From: Methanobacteriota archaeon
GTDB taxonomy: Archaea > Thermoplasmatota > Poseidoniia > Poseidoniales > Thalassarchaeaceae
NCBI GenBank assembly: GCA_004195715.1
Contig: PSPX01000011.1
Span: 4,339 to 68,338, forward strand
Length of the DNA stretch: 64,000 nt
Direction of reading: 5' to 3'
Under the pieces are notes generated by a model, which saw nothing but the letters and a program-made list of their open reading frames with translations, was not told the DNA's origin and ran no database searches. The position numbers were made by a program, and so were the translations under genes. Of this stretch, positions 20,901 to 30,865 are shown in pieces (positions within the stretch are counted from its first letter, which is position 1; the number at the start of each line of letters is the position of its first letter).

Positions 20901-21092
20901 TCAGTGGTGGTGAGCCCTCTGTTCAGGTTCGAGCAGGACCGCGCCGAGCAGCATGGTCAGTGTGCCGAACGCAGCTAGAGTTGCAGTCATGTATGCACTT
21001 TCGTATAGGGCCGAGGCCAATTCTACTACGTGCAAGACTCCGTGGAGTCCCAGCGATATCTGCACTATTCGGGTTATCAATGGTGGTACCAT
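20901..21092 (-). CDS. Small two-TM membrane protein with His tail
   Basis: 63 aa MVPPLITRIVQ...RAHHH; promoter-like box 23-30 nt upstream. Confidence 0.6.
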   Translation of the reverse strand: MVPPLITRIVQISLGLHGVLHVVELASALYESAYMTATLAAFGTLTMLLGAVLLEPEQRAHHH

Positions 21093-21183
21093 GTCACTGC
21101 GCCGCAGTAATCGGATTTGAAAAGTGCGTATTGGAAATTTGGATTGCGTCGTATTGAAGGGGGTCTCCATACGCGAGAAAGGT

Positions 21184-22929
21184 GTGGACATCCCAAATGA
21201 CCTGAGCTCAATGCTCGAGGGCGGGCACGGCCCGACCAAACAGAAGGCAGCCAGACTGGTCGTCGATTTGGCCTCCGCAGCAGGTGCGGACGAATTCGTC
21301 CGTGTCGAGCACGCCCACGTCTCAGGTGTCAGTGTGATTACCGGCGGTCACGGCCTCAGGCGTTTCCTCTCCGATCTTGCAGGCGATCCAGAGGGCAAGG
21401 TAGTGATTCCTACCACCCTGAACTCAGCGGGGTGTGATCACGAGAGGATGGATGAGATGGGCATTGATCACCCTGACTTCTTAGAGCAGCAGTTCGAGAT
21501 AGTCCACGCTTACTCCAATCTTGACATAGATGCCATCCTATCATGCACGCCCTATGACAGGGGCATCGAATCTGGTGACGGCATCGGCTCATGGGCGGAG
21601 TCCAATGCAGTCTGCTTCTCCAACTCCTACACTTCGCTCGTCACCAATCGTGAATCAGGCCTCTCTGCGCTCGCCACTGCGCTCACTGGTTGGGCCCCCC
21701 GGTGGGGACTTCACCTCGAAGAGAACCGTATTCCAAACATCCTCGTAAGCATCGAGTGCGCGATGTCGGACCCGACCGACTGGAGCGTGCTTGGGGACTG
21801 GATCGGTAAACAGATCCTCCCTGGTTGGAAACTCCCTTGGGGTCCGATGCCACGTATCACCGGACTGCCCGAGTGGGCCAGCTTTGAGATGCGAAAGGCA
21901 CTCACAGCGGCCGCGGCTAACTACGGTTGTCCACTGCTCTGGGCAGACGGTCACACCGTTGACGCGCCCTCTGTAGAAAACTATCAGGGCGAGTTGACCT
22001 TCACTGAGGAAGACCTCGCTGAACGTTACCGCGAACTCGCACCGAGAGGGCAGATTGACCTAGTGGTCATCGGTTGTCCACAGGCCAGCGTCGGCGAGGC
22101 CCGCACAGCTGCTGCTGCTGTCAGGGCAAGGATGGAACTGGGTGAGGCCATACCAGACCAGCGGCTCTGGGTCTTCATGAGCGGTCACAACCACGACCTA
22201 ATCTCCGCCGATGGCACTCTCGACGTGCTAGAGGAGGCAGGGGCACTCGTTCTCCGCGACACTTGCCCCGAGGTCACGCCGTACAACCGCTCGCGCTACA
22301 ACCATTTGCTGACCAACTCCCTGAAGGCTGAGCACTACCTGACCAGTGGACTCAACCGGATGCCTACCAGTGTCGCCACCATTGAGCAGTGCGTCGCCCA
22401 CGCCTTTGATCCGACCCTCGTTGCCGGCGAGCGCCCGGTACTGGGTTCGGGAGTTGCCAAGCTGATACCATCTGCGAAGACGCAGCGCCGTGGCGAATAC
22501 GAGTCCATTGGAAGTGGGATACCCAGCCAGAGCGAGTGGATGGTCTCAGGAAAGGCGTTGGTGACTGACGTTCCAATCACCTACCTTGGTTATGTCAACT
22601 GCGACACTGGATTCATCGAGGAGCCCGGCCACCCTCTCGACGGGCATTCCATTGAGGACACCGTACTAATCTACCCAAAGGGCTCGGGTTCTACTGTCGC
22701 GCCCTTCGTACTGATGGGACTAATCTACACCGACAAGGGTCCGATTGCAATCGTCAACCGTGACGTCTGCCCGCTTACCCTGCCTGCCGCCTCCCTTCTG
22801 GGAGTTCCCTACGCCCACAGTTTCAGCTCCGATCCCACAATGGAGGTCAACTCCGGAGACGTTGTTGAGATCTCGTTGGACGGTGGTGTGACGACCCTCA
22901 AGGTCGTCAGTAGGGCAGGAGAGGATTGA
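21184..22929 (+). CDS. Aconitase X (DUF521-DUF126 fusion), probable phosphomevalonate dehydratase
   Basis: AHVSG, SCTPY, WAESNAV, NRES, IGCPQ, DTCP; C-terminal swiveling domain with GHPLDG and KGSGSTV; GTG start chosen from promoter spacing. Confidence 0.88.
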   Translation: MDIPNDLSSMLEGGHGPTKQKAARLVVDLASAAGADEFVRVEHAHVSGVSVITGGHGLRRFLSDLAGDPEGKVVIPTTLNSAGCDHERMDEMGIDHPDFLEQQFEIVHAYSNLDIDAILSCTPYDRGIESGDGIGSWAESNAVCFSNSYTSLVTNRESGLSALATALTGWAPRWGLHLEENRIPNILVSIECAMSDPTDWSVLGDWIGKQILPGWKLPWGPMPRITGLPEWASFEMRKALTAAAANYGCPLLWADGHTVDAPSVENYQGELTFTEEDLAERYRELAPRGQIDLVVIGCPQASVGEARTAAAAVRARMELGEAIPDQRLWVFMSGHNHDLISADGTLDVLEEAGALVLRDTCPEVTPYNRSRYNHLLTNSLKAEHYLTSGLNRMPTSVATIEQCVAHAFDPTLVAGERPVLGSGVAKLIPSAKTQRRGEYESIGSGIPSQSEWMVSGKALVTDVPITYLGYVNCDTGFIEEPGHPLDGHSIEDTVLIYPKGSGSTVAPFVLMGLIYTDKGPIAIVNRDVCPLTLPAASLLGVPYAHSFSSDPTMEVNSGDVVEISLDGGVTTLKVVSRAGED

Positions 22930-22938
22930 TGACTCCCG

Positions 22939-25005
22939 GTGCTTCGCACCGGTTCCGTGTCCGAGCGAAGCGACCCCGAGCCATGCCGAGATCAGGACCT
23001 CGGCCTGTTCGAAGTAATCACCCGGGACGGTGCTGCGAGGATAGGGCGGCTGCACACAGCACACGGTCCGATGAACACACCCACCCTGCTCCCCGTCGTC
23101 AATCCTAACCTCCGCACTATCGAGCCGCGTGAGATGTGGGAGAGGTATGGCATCGACGCTCTGATTACTAATTCGTACGTTATCTGGAAGCACGATGACC
23201 TGAAAGAAAGGGCGCTGGACGAGGGTATACACTCGATGCTCGACTTCCCTGGCGTGGTAGTCACCGATTCGGGCACCTTCCAGTCCTACGTCTACGGCGA
23301 TGTCGAGGTTGGAGTTTCCGAGATAGTAGAGTTCCAGCGTGAAATCGGCGTCGACATCGGCACTATGCTCGATGTCTTCGGTCGCCCTGACATGAGCCGT
23401 GAAGAGCTCGAGGAATGTGTTGATGAAACAGCTCGTAGGGCCAAGCAGTCACTCGAATCAGCAGGAGATACCTTGCTTCTAAACGGGCCAGTCCAAGGGG
23501 GTCTGTATGAAGATCTGAGGGCTAAATCCGGTAACCTGATGGGATCTGCCGAAGGAGGAGTTAGGGGCTTCACCATCCATCCGATTGGGAAGCAGCGCTA
23601 CCGAGAGCTGTTCCAGATTCTGCTCGCTGTTAGATCGACTACTCCCCCCGACCGCCCGGTGCACCTGTTTGGCTGCGGTCATCCGATGCTGTTCCCCTTG
23701 GCCATCGCTCTAGGTGCCGACGACCGAATCTTATCCCCTCATGGCACTGTTAGGCTGAAGGGGCTCACTGAGTGGCCGATTCACTCCGTGGCCCTATTCG
23801 GCCTTACCCCCGAGGAGGTTCGCGACATGGATCCAGAGGAACGCTCGGTCCTACTCGCTCACCACAACCTCGAGATCACTCAAGCCGAGTTGGCACGTTG
23901 CCGCGAGGCGATTCGCAACGGCTCGATTTGGCAACTCGCAGAACGGCGCAGTCACGCCTCACCGCAACTCAGAGATGCCTTCACTTGGGTGCTGGAGCAA
24001 CTAGAGAAAATTCCAGACGGTCCCGTCGGCGTCTCGGCCATCGATCTCATGGTATCCACCAATCCTGTGAGGAGTGGGGGTGAGAAGCTCAGTGACGACA
24101 TTGGAACAAGGCCGTACGTCCTACATCTACACACCCTCCTCTCCATGCGATGGAGATTACCTGGGTCATGGTGGGACGGCTCCGACTCCGGTCCCGAGAG
24201 GGTTGTGCTGATTGAAGGGACAACCCCGCCGTGGCGTGATTCCGCGCTCGGAGCGGTGGTCTCGGCACTGCTCGAAGAGCCTAGGAGCATTATCCTGCTC
24301 TCGACTCCCCTCGGCCCCATCCCATTCACCTTGGAAGATGTCTCCCCCTGGTGCCACCTTGATTGCCCCGACGATGTTTGGTTGAATTCGTACGAAGACG
24401 AGGAGATTGCCGAAGGACTAGCCGAACTAGGTCTCGCCGAATTACCCCTGGTTCGCATCGAGCAATGCGCCATGCCCGAAGGAAAACACGTCGGCGATGT
24501 GAGGGATTGGCTCGACCGCTGCGCAGTGGTCGACAAACTCGCAGTACTGTGCGGAGTCTCACCGAGCGACGGCTGCAGTTTGACTGAGGGCATGAGCTCC
24601 CGCCGGGTCAACGTACTGCTGGAGGATGAGCACATCCTTTCACCGCGTCTGTCCGATGGCGGCATCAGCCTCGCGCTCGGCGGCGCCCAGCGCCTCAATG
24701 CCCTCAACCCCGGCCCCCCTAGCCGCTTCGACGATCCGGCCGATGACGGCTTAGACCACCCCGGGATGCCGCGTGTCTGGCTGCTCGATGACGCCATTCC
24801 ATTCGTTGGCAGGGGCCGCAACGTGATGCAGGGCTACGTACTCGGTGCAGACTCCCATCTGACTCCAGGCCAGCCCTGTCTAGTGGTCGACGGAAACGGT
24901 GGGCTGATTGCTCATGGCACTGCTGTGACAACCGCACGAGAGATGGCTCATCTCAAGAAGGGAATCGCAGTCAGGGTGCGCGACGGGGCGCTGAGAGACG
25001 ATTAG
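22939..25005 (+). CDS. tgtA: Archaeosine tRNA-guanine transglycosylase with PUA domain; carries apparent in-frame deletions
   Basis: TPTLLPVVNP, TDSGTFQ, PVQGG, PVHLFGCGHP, C-terminal PUA; conserved GxVPLME and LFDSAxY segments missing. Confidence 0.9.
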   Translation: MLRTGSVSERSDPEPCRDQDLGLFEVITRDGAARIGRLHTAHGPMNTPTLLPVVNPNLRTIEPREMWERYGIDALITNSYVIWKHDDLKERALDEGIHSMLDFPGVVVTDSGTFQSYVYGDVEVGVSEIVEFQREIGVDIGTMLDVFGRPDMSREELEECVDETARRAKQSLESAGDTLLLNGPVQGGLYEDLRAKSGNLMGSAEGGVRGFTIHPIGKQRYRELFQILLAVRSTTPPDRPVHLFGCGHPMLFPLAIALGADDRILSPHGTVRLKGLTEWPIHSVALFGLTPEEVRDMDPEERSVLLAHHNLEITQAELARCREAIRNGSIWQLAERRSHASPQLRDAFTWVLEQLEKIPDGPVGVSAIDLMVSTNPVRSGGEKLSDDIGTRPYVLHLHTLLSMRWRLPGSWWDGSDSGPERVVLIEGTTPPWRDSALGAVVSALLEEPRSIILLSTPLGPIPFTLEDVSPWCHLDCPDDVWLNSYEDEEIAEGLAELGLAELPLVRIEQCAMPEGKHVGDVRDWLDRCAVVDKLAVLCGVSPSDGCSLTEGMSSRRVNVLLEDEHILSPRLSDGGISLALGGAQRLNALNPGPPSRFDDPADDGLDHPGMPRVWLLDDAIPFVGRGRNVMQGYVLGADSHLTPGQPCLVVDGNGGLIAHGTAVTTAREMAHLKKGIAVRVRDGALRDD

Positions 25006-25091
25006 ACTCCCCCCCGGTCCCGTTGGGGATTAATTCAAGTGGCGCACTTACTAGCGTAGTTCGACTCCCCTAAGGGAGTCGGGGTTGAAAA

Positions 25092-26090
25092 ATGGGCGAA
25101 GAATGGGATGGTAAATCTGTCATCACGGCGCGCAATTTGTGCAAAATGTACGGCCCCCATCTCGCACTGGACGACGTCAATCTCGAGATTCCTCCAGGGG
25201 CGGTCGGCATTCTTGGTCCGAACGGAGCTGGCAAATCGACCCTGTTCAAGTGCTTACTCGGACTGATTACTACTACTTCGGGTGAGGGCACCGTCCTCGG
25301 TTACGACATCAGGACAGAGGGAGACAAGATTCGCTCCCGCATCGGCTACATGCCGGAGTACGACGCCCTCGATCCCGACCTTTCTGCGATCGACCAAGTC
25401 AGGTACGCCGGCGAGTTGCTGGGAATGAATCCAGCACACGCGACACGCAGGGCCCACGAGGTGCTTGAGTACGTTGGCCTGAAGGACCAGCGATACAGAA
25501 AGATCGAGACCTACAGCACCGGGATGAAGCAGGCCGCCAAACTGGCCTGCGCCTTGGTTCACGACCCTGACGTCCTGATATGCGATGAGCCCACGAATGG
25601 ACTCGACCAGAGGGCCCGCGAATTCATGCTCCAAACTCTCCGCCGCACGGTCTCGGAGGGCAACCGCTCCGTTCTGATGAGCAGTCACGTGATGGACGAT
25701 GTGCAAGAAGTCTGCGACAGGATAGTGATGATTCACAACGGCAGAATCGTGGTGCAGCGACGAATCGAGGATCTCGCTAGGCAGATTGAGCGCGAAATAG
25801 AGATCTCCGTGTGGGGCGGTGCTAGTAGGATGCAGCAGGAACTTGAGTCCAGAGGCTTCGTGGTGCGACGCCTCGGGAGGGTGCTTCGAGTGGATAGAGC
25901 CGATGATAACACCACGAGAAATATCCTCGAGGCCGCTGTCTCCGCCGACGTGCAAGTCAGGCAGATGCAAGAGTATGAGCCGGACCTTGAGGACATCTTC
26001 CTGCTCATCATGGAAAGGCTCGGTGCCGAAGTCAGGAGCACTTCGGATCTAATGACAGCAGCGCACACAGGAGGTGATCGCGATGAGTGA
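25092..26090 (+). CDS. ABC-2 type transporter ATP-binding protein
   Basis: GPNGAGKS, YSTGMKQ, ICDEPTNGLD, SSH. Confidence 0.93.
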   Translation: MGEEWDGKSVITARNLCKMYGPHLALDDVNLEIPPGAVGILGPNGAGKSTLFKCLLGLITTTSGEGTVLGYDIRTEGDKIRSRIGYMPEYDALDPDLSAIDQVRYAGELLGMNPAHATRRAHEVLEYVGLKDQRYRKIETYSTGMKQAAKLACALVHDPDVLICDEPTNGLDQRAREFMLQTLRRTVSEGNRSVLMSSHVMDDVQEVCDRIVMIHNGRIVVQRRIEDLARQIEREIEISVWGGASRMQQELESRGFVVRRLGRVLRVDRADDNTTRNILEAAVSADVQVRQMQEYEPDLEDIFLLIMERLGAEVRSTSDLMTAAHTGGDRDE

Positions 26091-27067
26091 TGATGGCATA
26101 GACATCGGGGGCAGCAAGACTCGGATGGAGGTGGCCTACGGTGCCGGCGATGGCGACGACGAAGCCAAGGCCATCGTCGCTAGTAAGGAAGCCGAACTGG
26201 GCGCTATCTTCGAGCAGTCCTATCGGCCGTGGGATGGCGAACTGGGCCCTAGATGGGCGAGGAACTACGCGATTTTCAGGCACCACGTCTACGGACTGTT
26301 CCGAAGCACAGGGCACCGACACTATCATCCGATGGTCAGGCTAACTATCTTCGTCATACTTCTGTTCTCCCTACTGCCTGTGCTGATGCTGTTTCTCGCC
26401 TCTCTCTCTGGTGACGGTTTCATGGCCGACACCTTCTCGAGGATGTGGGGTATCAACCGTTACAACCTGTGGGGGCAGGTCCTCGGGTACTTCCCTCGTA
26501 ATTTGTGCTGTTGGCCTCTACTGACCGCTCTGGTAGTGGGTGGAATGATCTCGGATGACCGCAAGAACGGCAAGGCTTGACTACACCGCGATGAAGTATC
26601 TCAGCGTCGCTGTGGTGCTGGGTTTCGTCATCGTGTTGTCCTACTTCGTCTACTACACCTCTGCAATCGTATTCAACGGCGAGGGCTGGGCCTATCTCGT
26701 CGACACTCTGCCGATGTTCGTTGGCGGACTGGTTGCCGGAATCCTCGTGGTCATCACCTACACCTCGATTGGTCTCGCCCTCTCAAGCATCAGCCAGAGT
26801 CGCTTCTTCGCTGCAATCGCGTTCCTCAGCGTAATCTACGGCACCAAGCTGCTGGCGATGCTAATCGAAACCCAGTTCGACACCTCGATACTCTACGTGC
26901 TCAGTCCTTACGACTGTCTGGCTCAAATAGGTCAGTGGCTGCTAGGCATCGATTCCAACTACAATCATCCGTTGGCCTTCTCGTTGGTATCAATCATCAC
27001 AATCAATGCGGTCTGCATAGCCCTTCTGGTCGCACGCGTCAGCTCTCTGGAGGTGACTAGGGAATGA
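26083..27067 (+). pseudogene. ABC-2 permease, frameshifted near 26570
   Basis: ISDDRKNG followed by RLDYTAMKY in another frame; the usual LYxSRP linker is absent. Confidence 0.75.
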
Positions 27068-28002
27068 GCGACAAGACACCTGCCGTTCTCGTTGATCAGG
27101 TCTCGAAGTGGTACGGAGAAGTCATTGGAATCAACGACGTGTCATTGGCCATAGATGGTGGCGTCACCGGCGTGCTTGGTCCCAACGGGGCCGGCAAATC
27201 GACTCTGTTCAAGCTCCTGATGGGCCGACTCAAGCCAAACCAGGGCAGTGTCAGGCTGTTCGGTGTCGATCCGTGGACCAACACCGCTCCTTACCGACGG
27301 GTCGGATATGTCAGCGAGTCTGAGAGGATGTACGACTGGATGACCGCTCTTGACTTCGTCACCACCCTCGCGAGGCTGCACGGGATGACACGGGAGGAGG
27401 CTACGGCGAGAGCCGAGCACGTGCTCGATTTCGTAGGTCTGTCTGATGTCCAGAACAAAGAGATAGGCAAGTACAGCAAGGGTATGAGGCAGCGCGTGAA
27501 GATAGCCCACGCACTGGTTCACGATCCCGATCTCATCATCCTCGACGAGCCGCTGCACGGCTGCGACCCGATAGCCCGGACAAGCATCATGAGCGTAATC
27601 AGAGAGCTTGGCTCGCAGGGCAAGACCGTCATCATCTCGAGCCACATCCTCGAGGAGATAGAGCGCATCACCGAGCAGATTGTCATACTCCACAACGGTA
27701 GATTGCTGGCGCTTGGTAACTTGCATGCCATCAGGGCCCTTCTCGACAAGCATCCACATCGCATCCTGCTTACCTGTGACGATCCGCGGCACCTCGCTTC
27801 CGAGTTCATCTCCGAAGATCCGGTCTATGGGGTCCGTTTCCCCGAGGAGGGGAAACTAGAGATTCAGACCAACGATCTGTCGGCCGCCCATGCAATACTG
27901 CCACGCGTTATTGTGGATTCCGGGACCGATGTCTCGGCAATCGAGAATCCCGACGACAACCTTGAGTCGCTGCTCGGGTATCTGATAGGGGGCGATTCTT
28001 GA
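27064..28002 (+). CDS. ABC-2 type transporter ATP-binding protein
   Basis: GPNGAGKS, YSKGMRQ, ILDEP, SSH. Confidence 0.93.
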   Translation: MSDKTPAVLVDQVSKWYGEVIGINDVSLAIDGGVTGVLGPNGAGKSTLFKLLMGRLKPNQGSVRLFGVDPWTNTAPYRRVGYVSESERMYDWMTALDFVTTLARLHGMTREEATARAEHVLDFVGLSDVQNKEIGKYSKGMRQRVKIAHALVHDPDLIILDEPLHGCDPIARTSIMSVIRELGSQGKTVIISSHILEEIERITEQIVILHNGRLLALGNLHAIRALLDKHPHRILLTCDDPRHLASEFISEDPVYGVRFPEEGKLEIQTNDLSAAHAILPRVIVDSGTDVSAIENPDDNLESLLGYLIGGDS

Positions 28003-29618
28003 TGGATGCCAAGGGCAGGGCGCTCAGCGAGACCGTCTGGACCCGTCTGGACCGCAAGGCCGGGGCCATTACCGAACTAACAATCAGGCAGCTCAGACAT
28101 CGCATATCCACTTGGGTCGTCCTCATCGTCGGCGTCCTCGTCATGGCTCTGCTGCTGGCATTCTACGTTGATGCCATTAGGGACGACTTTGAACCAGTCG
28201 ACAATGACGGTGACTCAGTTGACTGGGACAACGATGGATATCCGCAGGGCCAAGAAAACAAGTATGGAACCAGTGACTGGGATGGACAGGAGTATCCCGG
28301 CTCGGGATACTACGTCATGACCGGAGAGATAGTCTGGAACGATGATTCGAGATTCCACAGTGGGAATCACACTTGGGAGGGACAGGGCTATCTTGATTCC
28401 GAGTGGGTAGACCTTGATTACACTGGCAGTAGATGGTCTGGACTCATCGACTGGGGCGAGGTGAACCCCTGTCCAGAGGGCGATGTGTTAGATGACTGGT
28501 GGCTCGACTGGGGCGAGGCCTGTACCTACGACGACGGATCCTACTTCGTCTCGGGAAAGTTCAGGGCATCCGGTTCGGTGAGTGTGCCTGAGAGTGGCTA
28601 CATGCAGTGGGGCCACATGACGCTAGCGTCCTACGTCGAGCCGGAACCTGCCTCTATGTACATAGACGAGGACGGCATACTATGGGACGGCAAAGACGTC
28701 TCCGATTTGGAAACTATCGAAGAGGTGGACGACGACGGCGACTGCTTGGCGAATATGAATGACAATAACCGCAACGGCATTCCTTGCGATGTAATCTGGA
28801 TACTCGACGCCGATGGGGATGAGATTATCGAGATTCGTGCAGATTACAATGTTAATGAGGACCCCGAGGAGAGCAAGTACCTCGGAGAATTATCTCACAG
28901 GACATTCATCATCGGCACCGGCAAGATGGCCTTCGTCATGATGCTTGGTATTTTCATACCGCTTTTCCTTGCTCTCGGACTGGTCAGAGATGAGACCGAG
29001 AACGGCACTTTGCACTACTTGTTGTCGAAGCCTATACATCGTGCCGAGTTCATCATCTACAGGCTGCTTGGGTACTTGCTGCTGGCGGGTACCTACATCC
29101 TCGTATTGGTTTTGCTGATGGCTCTGGTCACCTCGCTGATAGGGCCTGGAGACAGTCTAATCAGACTCTCGGATTTCCCGGTGTGGCTCGGCATAGGCCT
29201 CGCCACAGTCTTAGTGCTCGCTGCATATGGGGCGCTGTATAACACACTGGGCCTGATTGCGCCCAAGTACGGAGTCTATTTCTGCATTATTCTCGGGATT
29301 TGGGAGTTCATCATGGGGATGTTCACCATGACCTTGCCCTCTGCCTCAGTACCGATGTTGTCGATTTCTCACTGGGCGCTTCAACTGATAGACGCCATCG
29401 TGCTAATCGCTTGGCCCGATACCCTGCAGTACACACAAATCACCTCGGCATTCGGAATCGACTCTGGACTCTCCTTCTTCTGGCAGCCCCCGGTGCATAC
29501 TCTGGGCACCCAGAGCCCGGTGGTAGCCCTTCTGGTGAGCATTACCGTCCTGTTACTAATCACCGTCGCGATGGTAGGGATAGGTCAGGCCAGTTTCAAG
29601 AATCGAGAGATTATGTGA
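28002..29618 (+). CDS. ABC-2 permease with large acidic extracellular insertion
   Basis: DETENGTLHYLLSKPI motif, six TM segments, DNDGD/DDDGD/DADGD-rich loop. Confidence 0.85.
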   Translation: MDAKGRALSETVWTRLDRKAGAITELTIRQLRHRISTWVVLIVGVLVMALLLAFYVDAIRDDFEPVDNDGDSVDWDNDGYPQGQENKYGTSDWDGQEYPGSGYYVMTGEIVWNDDSRFHSGNHTWEGQGYLDSEWVDLDYTGSRWSGLIDWGEVNPCPEGDVLDDWWLDWGEACTYDDGSYFVSGKFRASGSVSVPESGYMQWGHMTLASYVEPEPASMYIDEDGILWDGKDVSDLETIEEVDDDGDCLANMNDNNRNGIPCDVIWILDADGDEIIEIRADYNVNEDPEESKYLGELSHRTFIIGTGKMAFVMMLGIFIPLFLALGLVRDETENGTLHYLLSKPIHRAEFIIYRLLGYLLLAGTYILVLVLLMALVTSLIGPGDSLIRLSDFPVWLGIGLATVLVLAAYGALYNTLGLIAPKYGVYFCIILGIWEFIMGMFTMTLPSASVPMLSISHWALQLIDAIVLIAWPDTLQYTQITSAFGIDSGLSFFWQPPVHTLGTQSPVVALLVSITVLLLITVAMVGIGQASFKNREIM

Positions 29619-29628
29619 GGTAGAAATA

Positions 29629-30794
29629 ATGCGCTCTATGGAGAAGTTCGTCGGAGACCTGTCGCTACTGTGGCGACTCGATGTGATGCCCCCAATTCCA
29701 CGTCTGTCATGGTGGTGGTACTGGGTAATCATGTTCGTGCCGGATCCGGACAACCCTGGCCGTTCGCGTCAATTAATGGTCCTGTGGTCGACCAAGGAGA
29801 CTCCTGCTATCCGAGTCAGTGGGCACTGGTGGAAGCCAGGTTCGAGGATGTCGATAGACGAGGATGGCGGACACGTGATTCCTGGGATGATTTGCGCGTG
29901 GTGGTACGATGGCAAGCGGATGTTCGAGCCGCTTGTGATTAAGGAGTGCCGAATGGCTATGATGACGGCACGGGTGAGGGCACGGGTGCAATCGTTCCGA
30001 TTCTCGATGAAGACTTCTCGCTCGGGATGCGGCCCGGCAACAAGGGATTCTGGCTATGCCTCACAAGCGATGCAGAGGCGCGAGCCGAGGGGGCGCCAAC
30101 ATCGTTTGAGGCCGAACTCACCCCTTGGTGGGGCCCTCCGAGCACCCTGACATACAGCAACAACGTCTACGGCTTTGACATGGGATACGACATACTGAGG
30201 CTACAGGGCACCAAACTGAGCCTCAAGGTGGACGGCGAGGAGTTTGAGGGTACTGCCTACTTCCAGAAGGTCTCTGTACAGGCCCCTTCGTTCCCGTGGT
30301 TCTGGGGCATGCTGCACTTTGACGACGGCTCCTACCTTGACTGGTTCATGCCCCACACTACCCCTGGGATGACTTCGATGGACGACAAACCGTGGCGTCT
30401 TCGAGATTTCCTCAGGAATCCTGCCATAGGGACTGGAATATTCCACGACGCGAACCGAGGTAGGACTGAGAATTTCAAGCGCTGTGAGGTCGAGGTTTCT
30501 GAGCCAGATGATGAGGAGCCGCTGAGGGATGAGCAGGGCAACGTACTGCCGAAGTTCAGAATCAGGATATGGAATGGTCGCACGCAGATATCCATAGACG
30601 TCCGCGCGTGCAGCCGGGCACGTTGGACATTCGACCAACCAACGCGAGCTGGTATGGTGAGTCATCTGACCTACAACGAGTACCCACTCGAGGTGGAGAG
30701 AATCGCCATCCTCGACGAGCAAGGCCTCAGGACAATTGACGACTATGAGTGGATTATGGGCAACGCAGAGCACACCTGGGGCATCCTGCATTAG
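29629..30794 (+). pseudogene. Trp-rich beta-barrel protein (tocopherol cyclase/AttH-like?), frameshifted near 29958
   Basis: SWWWYW...; AYFQKV...PWFWG...GNAEHTWG; two overlapping ORFs join at KECRMA / YDDGTG. Confidence 0.55.
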
Positions 30795-30865
30795 AGCAGC
30801 AGGTAACCGCCCCTTCCGCACCGTTCATAACGGTGGGCCCACCAAGTCTCGACCGAGGCGATGGA

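Noticed and set aside
23952-24821. Long antisense ORFs (also 6531-7166, 7813-8640, 25254-25970, 41905-42531)
   Set aside because: Shadows of well-supported genes on the opposite strand, expected at high GC; no recognisable motifs.
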